Positions 1 to 9,850 of a stretch of DNA of 23,000 bases are shown here, piece after piece. The DNA comes from Takakia lepidozioides (Eukaryota > Plantae > Bryophyta), in contig JAKLZA010000169.1 in NCBI GenBank assembly GCA_030704615.1, positions 1 through 23,000 on the forward strand. Reading direction: 5' to 3'. Under the pieces are notes generated by a model. The model ran no database searches. It was not told where the DNA came from and saw only the letters and a program-made list of their open reading frames with translations. Positions within the stretch are counted from its first letter, which is position 1. Each line of letters opens with the position of its first letter. The position numbers and the translations under genes are program-made.

Positions 1-129
1 TTTTGGTTGCATTGGCCACCATCGAAATGGAAAGGTGATGTAGTTTCTCTTGAGTCATTTCTGGCTTGGAGCCATACTTGTCATAGTGTGCTTTTCACCT
101 GCTCCAGAAATTCCGTGCCAAGACCTGGG

Positions 130-847
130 TGTCGCGGCCCTTTGCCTTGAGGGCAGGGGGTTGGGACACATGAGGGGCTGCCCCTGTGGTGGGGGCAGTG
201 GCAGCGATAGGTATGGGGCTGAGGCACCCTTGAGTGCCCAAGGCACTCAGGGAAGCGGAGGCGCTCACTAGGTGGAGCCCCGCAGTTGCGGTGGGGGTGG
301 CTCCACAAGGGGTGGTGGTAGCTTAGTGGGACTTAGTGGGGGTGTCATAGGACTCACCATGGGGGCGGAGACCTCGTGGTGGGAGTCGTGGGGAGTCTTG
401 GGACTCATCACGGTCCATAGGGGCCGTGGTGAGCGGGCCAAGACTCACCGCGACTCACCACCGGGAATCGAGGGTCTTCGTGGTGGTTCGCCATAAAATG
501 GCATGGCTGGTTGTGAAACCCCCGCGGACAGCTACAGAAGTATATATAGGGAGTAGTAACCCCGAGAACGGTGCAAGCCCGTTGGTGACCAAAAACTAGT
601 GAGTAAGCGAGCGAGCCGGAAAGCGACCAAAGAGTGGGGAGCTGTTCCGGACTGCCATCTACCAAAGGGAATTCTCCTAGTCCCAATTAGGTAGAGGGTT
701 TTAGAGGGAAGCGAAAGGGGACCGTTATGTCCCGGTGAGCAGCCGAAGCTCCAAGTTGGCCTGGCGGCCAGGTTGGGAGTTAGGCGCGCGCATCAAAGCG
801 AGTAACTATGACTTGAAGGGGAGTTTACCGAAGTGAGGTGCGCGACA
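130..847 (+). repeat. 5' LTR of chromovirus
   Basis: Starts TGTCGCGGCC, ends GTGCGCGACA; near-identical to 6365-7081; TATA-like TATATATAG at ~540. Confidence 0.96.
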
Positions 848-849
848 CT

Positions 850-861
850 TGGTATCAGAGC
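850..861 (+). promoter_or_regulatory. Primer binding site (tRNA-iMet)
   Basis: TGGTATCAGAGC 2 nt after the LTR end; canonical plant iMet PBS. Confidence 0.95.
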
Positions 862-902
862 TTAGAGTTCAGTACGCGATCGTCCTTGGGATTGGCCTCA
901 TC

Positions 903-1990
903 ATGGGGTCGGGCAAGCCGAAGCGAAAGCGGAACGGCCCAAAAGATGATGATCCCGGTGAGCCCGATGGGGGCGACGTGTCACCGAGGCGGCCGTTTGA
1001 GGAAGCGATGCATGTTTCCGAAAACGAGGCCGCCAAGAGCGGGAGGAATCCGAGGAGTCGGAGCCCGAGGAATCCTTGAGAGCTCCGACAAACCAAGAGA
1101 TGCCTCCCATGCCGGCAGCCTTTTGGGAAGGGTTGTTGGCGCAGTTTGGCGGGACGTTGAAAGACGTGTTGAAGGCGGCTAATGCCACTTCCACTAAGGC
1201 AAAGTTTAAGGTGAAGCCTAAGGAACCCGGCACCTTCGAGGGCGTCCGAAATCGGAAGGCACTCAACACCTGGCTCTTGGAGCTAGAGCAGTACTTCCGG
1301 GCGGCCAAGTTGAGTGACGAGGATCGGGTGGAAGTGGCTCCCACCTATTTGAGGGGCTATGCTCAACAATGGTGGCAGAAACGCCTTCACGACCGAGGTC
1401 CAAGCCCGGAAACCTTGAACTGGAGTGGGTTCAAGGAATTGATGAAGAGACAGTTTGTGCCCCTCAACGCGTCCTGGCTTGCCCGGGACAAGATGAGGAA
1501 TTTGAAGCAAACAGATGACATTCGGGGGTATGTCCAGGCTTTCAATGTGCTGTTGCTCGAAGTCGCGGACATGGCAGAACCAGAAATGGTCTTCAACTTT
1601 GTGGCGGGACTGGCCCCATGGGCCAGGCGGAAGTTGGAGGAGAAGCCACCCAAGACTTTGAACGAGGCAATTGAGAGGGCTGAATGTTTCTCGGATGTCC
1701 CTAGGGGTGAAGACAAGGCCGTACGGAGCTGAACCACAAGAAGACCCGGCGGGAAGGTGACTCCTTCCGACCGGAAAAGAAGTGGGATAGGCCACGCGGC
1801 GAAAATGGCACGTGGAAATCGAAGGGAGGGCCTTCACACGTCAAGGCGGCACCCGGTGCTTCGAAAGGAAAAGCGGGTGGAGCGGCTTATGGCGGACAGA
1901 AGGCGACCTTTGATGGAGTGTGTTTCAATTGCGGGGAGCCCGGGCACATGGCCAAGAAGTGCACGAAGCCCCGACAATTGAACATGACTC
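903..1990 (+). CDS. gag: Gag with CCHC zinc knuckle (frameshifted at ~1075 and ~1725)
   Basis: ATG at 903; Retrotrans_gag-like PGTFEGVRNRKALNTWL...YLRGYAQQWW...W..FK; CFNCGEPGHMAKKC at ~1921. Confidence 0.9.
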
Positions 1991-4900
1991 GGGCGACCAC
2001 GGAGCTGTCGGAAGATACCATCAGTCGCTTGGTGGAAGCGGTGGTCGCCAGGACTTGCAAGGTAGGCAAATTTTCTTGTGAGTTGTATCAGGAAACTGGC
2101 GCCTTACGAAAAGGGAGTCAGTTATTGTTCGTGGATGGGATAATATCCGGAACTAATGTGTCGTTGTTGGTGGACACAGGAGCGTCGCACTCCTTCATGA
2201 CACCGGCAACGGCACAAAAGCTGGGACTCCCGACAAGTGACGTGGGGCCTCTATTGAGGTGCGTTCTGCCAAAGGAGAACCACAGTTGGCGACAAGGTTG
2301 GCGTTTGATGTTCCTCTTCAACTGGGGAGTTGGGAGGGACGTGAGAACTTCACCATCTGCGAGATCGATGGAGTGGATCTCATTTTGGGGATGACCTTTT
2401 TGAGCAAATCCGGAGCGGTCATAGATGGCCGCAAGAGAGTAGTCACGCTGCCATGTGGGAATGGTGGCGAGGTTTTACGAGTGTCGGAAACGCCCAAATC
2501 CGTGGGAGGGCGAATAAACCTTCTGTCAGCAAAGGAGTGGGCCGTGGAGGAGGCACACGAGCCCCAGTTTTTGCTTTACATTAGAGAAGTGAAAGGAGAA
2601 GGCGATGGGGAGCCGAGCCCAGATTGGATCAAGGGGATTTTGGAGAAATACCAGGATGTGATGCCGGAGGATTTACCAAGCGGCTTGCCACCGCGAAGAG
2701 GAGTTGACCACAAGATTGAGGTGATACCGGGATCGGAACCGCCTGCCAAGGCGCCCTACCGGTTGAGCCACAGAGAGTTGGTCGAGCTGAAGACTCAGCT
2801 CAAGGATCTAATGTCAAAGGGGTACATCCGGCCGAGTAAGTCACCTTACGGAGCCCCGGTGCTATTCGCAGACAAGAAGGATGGGACGCTGCGGATGTGT
2901 GTCGATTACAGGGCTCTGAATAAGGTGACTATCAAAAACCGGTACCCTTTGCCAAGGATCGACGACCTCTTCGATCGGTTGGCAGGAGCGAAGTATTTCA
3001 GCCGGATCGACTTGCGCTCCGGCTATCATCAAATTCGGGTGGCGGAAGGAGATGAGGAGAAGACCGCGTGCAGGACAAGGTATGGTTCATATGAGTTCTT
3101 GGTGATGCCTTTTGGGCTCACCAATGCACCAGCGACATTTAGCACGCTGATGAACAGCCTTTTCCAGGAGTGGTTGGATGACTTTGTGATCGTGTACATC
3201 GACGACATCTTGGTGTACTCGAAAACAAAGGAGGAGCACCTGGAGCACCTCAAAAGGGTGTTCCAAAAATTGCGAGAAGGGAAGCTGTATGCCAAAGCTT
3301 CAAAGTGCGAATTCGGGGTCACAAAAGTGGAGTTCTGGGGCATGTGATTACACAGGATGGGATCAAAATGGATGACAGAAAGGTGAGGGCGATCTTGGAC
3401 TGGGAGCCTCCGACTTCGGTCCCGGGAGTGCGATCCTTCCTAGGACTCGCCTCCTATTACCGGAAGTATGTGAGAAATTTCGCCAAGATCGCGGGGCCGC
3501 TGTCAGACCTTCTGTGTAAATCCAAAGTCTGGGTATGGAACACCTTTTGTGGCCAAGCTTTTGCTGAATTGAAGCAGCGGATGGCGGAAGCTCCAGTCTT
3601 GAAAATCCCGGAGTTCGATCGTCCATTTGAGATTCATACAGATGCGTCGGACTTCGCGATTGGGGGTGTACTTATGCAAGATGGACGTCCAGTGGCTTAC
3701 GAAAGTAAGAAACTGAATGAAGTGGAGCGACGGTGGCCGACGCACGAAAAAGAGATGAAGGCGGTGGTGCATTGCCTTGAGCTTTGGCGCCACTATGTTG
3801 GTTCCAACCCAGTGAAGGTGTTCACGGACAATGTCACGGTGAAGTATTTTGCCACGCAGCCCAAGTTGTCCCCAAAACAACTTAGGTGGCAAGATACTTT
3901 GGCGGTGTTCGACGTGGATATCCAGTACAAACCGGGACGGGACAATGTGGTGGCCGATGCTTTAAGTAGAAAGCAGCAGCTCTTGTTGGTGTACAAGGGC
4001 GAGACGGCGCTCCAAAGGAAGATCCGGAAGGCTTGCCGGAAGGATGAGCTGGCGAAGTCCGTGATGCAGGACTTGAGGATGGGGGTTAAATCGCAGTTCC
4101 ACTTGCAAAATGGACTGCTCCGGTATAAGCAAAACGTCTCTACGTGCCGAAGGGAGGGATCAGAGATAGCCTCTTGAGAGAATGCCATGATAGCCCGCTT
4201 GCGGGCCACGGCGGAGCCAAGCGCACTGCGGCACTCTTGAAGAAAGAGTATTTCTGGCCCAAACTGAGGGAGGAGGCAGAGGAGTATGTCAAGACATGCA
4301 CCACATGCCAACAAAACCGGAGCGAGTACAAAAAGCAAGCGGGGCTGTTACAACCCTTGCCGATTCCAGAGGGGACTTGGGAAAGCGTCTCGATGGATTT
4401 CATGACTGCTATGCCGCTGTCAAAAGGATTCGATGCAATCATGGTGGTGGTGGATAGGTTCAGTAAAATGGGCCATTTCATCCCCACCAAGGAGACGGCA
4501 ACGGCGCAGGAGACAGGGCGACTTTACTTCGCCCACGTCTTAAAGCATCATGGAGTCCCGAAGGATATTGTCTCGGACCGCGATCCAAAGTTTACGAGTA
4601 AATTTTGGAGGACACTTTGGAAGAAGATGGGGACGAGGCTGAAGATGAGCACCGCCTTCCGACCTACGACGGACGGCCAAACGGAAAGAGTGAATTCCGT
4701 AGTGAAGCAATTCTTGCGGAATTACGTGTCGGCAGACCAATCAGACTGGATGGAACACTTAGACGCGGCAGAGTTCTGTTATAATAACACAGAACACTCC
4801 GCAACGGGAGTTTCCCCTTTCGTATTGGTCTATGGAAAAGCACCTCTGGTGCCGACAAGTTGGGCCGCCCAGGACGTTGAGGAACCGGCAGTAGCGGCGG

Positions 4901-5460
4901 TACTGGAAGAACGCGAGCGTTTGTTGAAGCTCGCAAAGTACAACATTGCCAAAGCTAGGAAACGGTATGAAAGGCAGGCGAATCGGAAGCGGAGGGAAGT
5001 GAAGTTTGAGGCAGGCACAGAGGTCTGGTTGAACATCAAGAATTTCCGACTACCTCCGGAAGTGAGTCCGAAGTTCGTACCTCCGTATGCGGGACCCTTT
5101 CGCATTCGGAAGGTTATGAATGAGGATGTGTATGAATTGGAGCTGCCGGCAAACAGCAAGGTGCACCCAGTATTCCATGTCTCCCTTTTGAAGCCTTACT
5201 TCAAAGATGAAGCGCGTCCGAATCGGCATCAAGTGTTGCGTCCGCCACCTATGCTGTTGGATCATGAAAATGAACCTGAGTACGAGGTGGAGGCAATACT
5301 TAAGTCGAGGAGGTTCAAGAACCGAGAAACGGAGTATCTCGTCAAATGGAAGGGCTATCATCATGTGGAGGCATCTTGGGTGCGTGCCTCAGAAATGGGA
5401 AACGCATCCGAGGCGGTTGCAGCTTTCGAAGGGCGACCTCAAAAGCGGAAGAAGCGTTGA
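1991..5460 (+). CDS. pol: Pol: aspartic protease, RT, RNase H, integrase, chromodomain (frameshifts at ~2250, ~3340, ~4135)
   Basis: [10 protein letters not shown]; [27 protein letters not shown]; TDAS...DALSR; HDSPLAGH...CTTC; SMDF/VSDRD/TDGQTE; YAGPF; C-terminal basic tail RPQKRKKR. Confidence 0.95.
5278..5430 (+). other. Integrase C-terminal chromodomain
   Basis: [35 protein letters not shown] retains the Y/W/Y aromatic cage residues. Confidence 0.92.
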
Positions 5461-6350
5461 TGGGGACATCAACCTTGGAGCGTGGGGGAGGAAATGCATG
5501 CTTAGCCCGGCTTAGCTAGCTTAGGAATCCGATTGCAAAAACTTGTATTGTACAAAAATTTGTTATAAAGGAAATGGGTTCCAAATGTTGTGCGTCCTAT
5601 TTTGTTTGGAATGGTGATGCATGGTATGGTTGGCTAGTGTGTAGAATGCATGCTAGCTTATAAAAGTGGGAGAGGTAAATTGGGTTAATCGTGTGTTTGC
5701 GTAGTGCCGAAATCGGGTGACCCCATCCAAGGGGCAAGGAAACTTGCGCCTTCTTTGGGAGTTCACGTGCTAGTGCGCACCTGGCGCGTGCGCGTACTAT
5801 AACTGCGCTACCGAGGGGGTTGCCTTGTAGTGCGGGCTAACGCGGAAGCTACGTGCTTCCGTTCACGTACTATAATCGTGTAGCCTCGGGACGAAGTCGT
5901 AGTGCGGCTTCGGCGTGTTCCCGTACCTCAGGCCAGCATTCCAAGGCGGACCCAATTGTAGTGATTGGGGCGCACGGTTGGTTCAAGGTTATCTTCCTAG
6001 TCAAAGAGGGTTCCAGGTGAACCCTTGCTCAAGGTGATGCCAAAAGCGGCATCATGAGCGATCGCAAGCAATGTTGTTGCAGTAAGGCGATTCGATCCTC
6101 GGGGAGGATCGTTCCTTGGCCTTGAAGTAGGCCAAGAAGAGTGCACTGGGAGGAGCTGGAGAGGCTCCACCCTTGGCCGGGACTTGGAGGAAGTCGGCCG
6201 AACTAGCTAGTGGAGAGTAGAGTCAAGTGTGGGGTTTGGTTCTTTGCCATGGGACGCCATGGTACGGAAACAAACTCCTTGATGTGGGACGCCACAACTT
6301 GGATGTTCGTTTCTACAAAATGGACAAGTCGATGAGGACATCGACTCCCT

Positions 6351-6364
6351 GTTGGTAGGGGGTG
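6351..6364 (+). promoter_or_regulatory. Polypurine tract-like site
   Basis: G-rich GTTGGTAGGGGGTG immediately before the 3' LTR. Confidence 0.8.
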
Positions 6365-7081
6365 TGTCGCGGCCCTTTGCCTTGAGGGCAGGGGGTCGGG
6401 ACACATGAGGGGCTGCCCCTGTGGTGGGGCAGCGGCAGCGATAGGTATGGGGCTGAAGCACCCTTGAGTGCCCAAGGCACTCAAGGAGGCGGAGGCGCTC
6501 ACTAGGTGGAGCCCCGCACACCGGGTTGCGGTGGGGGTGGCTCCACAAGGGGTGGTGGTAGCTTAGTGGGACTTAGTGGGGGTGGCATAGGACTCACCAT
6601 GGGGCGGAGACCTCGTGGTGGGAGTCGTGGGAGTCTTGGGACTCATCACGGTCCATAGGGGCCGGGTGAGTGGGCCAAGACTCACCGCGACTCACCACCG
6701 GGAATCGAGGGTCTTCGTGGTGGTTCGCCATAAAATGGCATGGCTGGTTGTGAAACCCCCGCGGACAGCTACAGAAGTATATATAGGGAGTAGTAACCCC
6801 GAGAACGGTGCAAGCCCGTTGGTGACCAAAAACTAGTGAGTAAGCGAGCGAGCCGGAAAGCGACCAAAGAGTGGGGAGCTGTTCCGGACTGCCATCTACC
6901 AAAGGGAATTCTCCTAGTCCCAATTAGGTGGAGGGTTTAGAGGGAAGCGAAAGGGGACCGTTATGTCCGGTGAGCAGCCGAAGCTCCAAGTTGGCCGGCG
7001 GCCAGGTTGGGAGTCAGGCGCGCGCATCAAAGCGAGTAACTATGACTTGAAGGGGAGTTTACCGAAGTGAGGTGCGCGACA
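6365..7081 (+). repeat. 3' LTR of chromovirus
   Basis: Direct repeat of 130-847; differs by roughly ten substitutions, a 6-bp insertion (CACCGG) and several 1-bp, mostly homopolymer, indels. Confidence 0.96.
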
Positions 7082-8220
7082 GTAGGGGGAAGGGGGCACA
7101 AGGGCAGGTAGGTGGGCAGGGAAGTGTTGCTGATACTGGCCCTCTGGTGGTTGTCCAGCAGACTCCACCGCATGGTAGGGGATCCGGGAGAAAGAACAAG
7201 GGGGTGGTTGATCCCAAGGACCCGTACCATGCAGTGGAGCATCCCACAAGGGTCATTCGCCCTACCAGGTTGGAGATGGCCAACGTTGGGTTCCTTGCCA
7301 TGATGGAGTCCAAGAAATCTGATTACAAGGGCGAACCATCACCAGTGTGGGAGAGGATTGTGGAGTTCCTCGGCACGGTGCGTGTTGTCTTTTGCTTCTT
7401 GTCTGTTGTGTGCATGGATCGTTTCAATCCTCTTGAGCATTCCATTGCATGCTTGTTTGCAGGCTAAAATGACCAAATCCTGGGTGAACGGGAAGGAGAA
7501 GCCATATGCAGCCGAACTCATCATCTTGGACATCCCTGATGGCTTGCCAGTCCCGGATGTCCCTCCATCGGGTGCTTGTCCAGGTTGGAATGCTTTTGAT
7601 GAGCGCTACTGGCGGTGGATTTTCTCCTTTTGCAATTTCTTTCTGTCCGATGCAGGTGTTTTGGTGTTCATCCAATCCATCGACCTTCACTGTCACCGTG
7701 CACTTGCCAGCTATTTGAAAGCCTCCGGTATGAGGGTCGTGAAGACATGGAATTGTGTGAACAGCATGTACCTGACGAAGGGGATAGTCCCGGAGAGATG
7801 GTAAATCTGCCTTCTTATTCCTCTTCTTGGTGGTTCTCGGATGGAGTTGCATAAGTCGCTCAAATGAATATGTAGGGGCCTGGTTTTCAAGCTTCTTAGT
7901 TCCTTGTGGATGTCCTGTTCATAGACTCGTTTGTTTGAAGCTATTTGTCTCGTCCGAGTGCATCCACCTACGACTCCAGCCGTCATTAGGGAGTTCGCCA
8001 TCACTCATGGGGCAAGTTCATAGACGAGAGGACAGATCCTCCCACGGATGACATGCACCACAACTACGTGGACAACAACGTGGACAACAACGTGTGCTTG
8101 CGAAGGGGGAATGGGGTTCCTTGGAGAGGGGCCAGGGAGAGGAGCCTGGCTTTCATTCAGACGATTGTGAGTGCTGCACCTACACAGACGCCAGAGTTTT
8201 GGATTTGTCAATGGGCATAG
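7082..8220 (+). pseudogene. Spliced beta-class N6-adenine/N4-cytosine DNA methyltransferase-like gene fragment (exons ~7082-7377, 7463-7800, 7925-8220)
   Basis: GT..AG intron 7378-7462 joins two ORFs in frame (EFLGT|AKMTK); second intron 7801-7924; donor at 8221. Motif IV-like ELIILDIPDG (DIPDG at 7529-7543) precedes PWRGARERSLAFIQTIV(E)CCTYTDARVLDLSMGIG (motif I-like VLDLSMGIG at 8196-8220). Reading this needs three 1-bp frame corrections. Confidence 0.7.
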
Positions 8221-8350
8221 GTTCGTCTCTTCAACATTCACATTTCGTGAGGTTTGTTTGACCTTGCACTTTCAGCTCTTCCCACCGTTCCAAATGTGTC
8301 TTCAATGTCTGTTTGCTCACGGTTTCCTGGGATCACAGGCTCACGCCTCT

Positions 8351-8373
8351 GGGCACACATAATAGCACCCCCC
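8351..8373. mobile_element. Putative terminus (TIR-like) of the DNA element carrying the MTase gene
   Basis: GGGCACACATAATAGCACCCCCC lies exactly where KP4 homology begins, in the middle of the signal peptide; the partner end is not in the window. Confidence 0.4.
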
Positions 8374-8781
8374 CTCATTCTCATAGACTGGAGCATTCAA
8401 GGCGGTGAACTGTGGCACTCGGCATCAATTGTCGCGGCAGCTCCGATTACAATAATGCGGGGAACCATGGAGCACTGCAATAGTTGATGACCGTCATCAA
8501 CGATATCAACCCCAATCGTTTTTACAACAATAAAAAATAAATTATATGCGGCGCTTTCGAGGGAAATTCATTTGTGTCTTTTTGCAAAAGGTCCGGCGAC
8601 ACTCCCGACTACTCGATCAAGACCTTGATTCAACAACTTGCAGATCACGGTTGTAAGGTCCGTGGGAGTATCCACTTGTCTATGACAAGACAACAATGTT
8701 ATCGACGGGATGCTGACCGTCAATGCGATCGTTTTTGGGTGCAATTATAATGACAATGTCAATAACGTTGATTTATGCTAA
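8373..8781 (+). pseudogene. KP4 killer-toxin-like pseudogene (5' truncated)
   Basis: LGINCRGS at 8418, NPNRFYNN, LADHGCKV, GMLTVN; in-frame stops TAG 8481 and TAA 8538 plus frameshifts; paralogous to 9292-9750, including the 3' UTR start GCGGAAAGCAAA. Confidence 0.9.
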
Positions 8782-9180
8782 GCGGAAAGCAAATCTCCTA
8801 AAGCGAACATCGTGACAATGATATGAATATAGCAAAGCAAAAGACTTTAGCCTAAGTTGATATCCGTGGCGTTCCAAAGATGTCAGCTGCATGATACAAA
8901 TCATTGTTTTTTTATTTTTTGTTTATTTTTTCTGGAAAATGGCAGGAAATAGCCGTATATTTTGTTCATTTTATTTGGAGAAGTTTGGCGATTTCATCCT
9001 TGAAATAACAACATTTGCGACAAAACAGTTTATTTACGTATTCTTTGTTTTTTGTGGATTTGAATTTTTTTTTTGTATTTTTAGATCAACAAATTTAGAT
9101 TTTTAAAAGGTTGTTGATCTATGCGGACATCAAAGTCCTCACCGGCAACTTTACTACCAACTACTACAACTCGATCTCAA

Positions 9181-9190
9181 GTATATATAT
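9181..9190 (+). promoter_or_regulatory. Putative TATA box of the KP4-like gene
   Basis: GTATATATAT about 100 bp upstream of ATG 9292. Confidence 0.4.
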
Positions 9191-9291
9191 GTCTCCGCTT
9201 GAAGGTTACAATAAAATACATTAGACTCGCAACCAAGCAAACACGAGCGACCTCCTCGTAATATTTCTTCGTCTTACCATTGCATTTCATC

Positions 9292-9750
9292 ATGGCACTA
9301 CATTCATCAGTTGTCCTCACCGTTCTCATTCTCATAGCCTTGAGCATTCAAGGTGGTGTTGTGGCACTCGGCATCAACTGTCGCGGCAGCATGTTTTGCT
9401 GGAGTTATTGGGACTATAGAGAAGTACTATTTGCGTTGGAGAGCGTCATCGACTTTCATATCGACCCTAATCGCTTTTACAACAATGAAGAACAGATTGC
9501 CTGCGGCTTTTTTGAAGGACAAAGTTTTTATGGACAAACTTTTGTGTCTTCTGCCAAAGTTCCGGTGGCGCTCCCGGCTACTCGATCAAGACCTTGATTG
9601 GAGAACTTGCAGATCACGGTTGCAAGACCTGTGGGAGTATTCCACTTTTCTATCCACAACAATATTGCCAACGGAATATTGACAGTCAACGTGGTCAAAA
9701 ACGCCTGCAAATATGATACTTATGATGGTTACACCGTTGGCCTATGCTAG
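9292..9750 (+). CDS. Secreted KP4 killer-toxin-like protein (two compensating frameshifts at ~9541 and ~9658; gene or young pseudogene)
   Basis: 25-aa hydrophobic signal peptide, then LGINCRGSMFC...IAC...CVFCQ...LADHGCKTCGSIPLFYP...NIANGILTVN...GLC*. Matches the KP4 signatures LGINCRGS, HGCxxCGSxP and GxLTVN; intronless. Confidence 0.88.
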
Positions 9751-9804
9751 TGAGCGGAAAGCAAACACTACAACATCCCATGGAGGATTTCCAACCAGCA
9801 AGGT

Positions 9805-9850
9805 TTCACTGTTATTTTCACTATGAATATTTCACTATCATTTCACTATA
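9805..9850 (+). repeat. Short degenerate tandem repeat TTTCACT(A/G)T x4
   Basis: tttcactgt, tttcactat, tttcactat, tttcactat spaced 10-14 bp apart. Confidence 0.6.

Larger units (their letters stand above)
130..7081 (+). mobile_element. Full-length Ty3/Gypsy chromovirus LTR retrotransposon (Galadriel-like)
   Basis: Two ~718-bp direct repeats with TGTCGCG...CGCGACA inverted termini, PBS, PPT and domain order gag-PR-RT-RH-INT-chromodomain. RNase [28 protein letters not shown]...[11 protein letters not shown] resembles Galadriel-clade elements; the clade call is less certain than the superfamily. Confidence 0.96.

Noticed and set aside
50-847. Short ORFs in and around the LTRs (also 6203-6923)
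   Set aside because: GC-rich LTR sequence; frames are not preserved between the two LTR copies and no motifs are present
1730-1732. TGA after gag as a programmed readthrough or frameshift site
   Set aside because: It falls before the zinc knuckle, and a single-base correction at ~1725 gives a continuous gag, as at the other frame breaks
8891-9106. 71-aa Phe-rich ORF
   Set aside because: Produced by T-rich low-complexity intergenic DNA
9083-9120. 10-bp inverted repeat AGATCAACAA/TTGTTGATCT upstream of KP4
   Set aside because: Single AT-rich stem with no TSD or other support; could be chance
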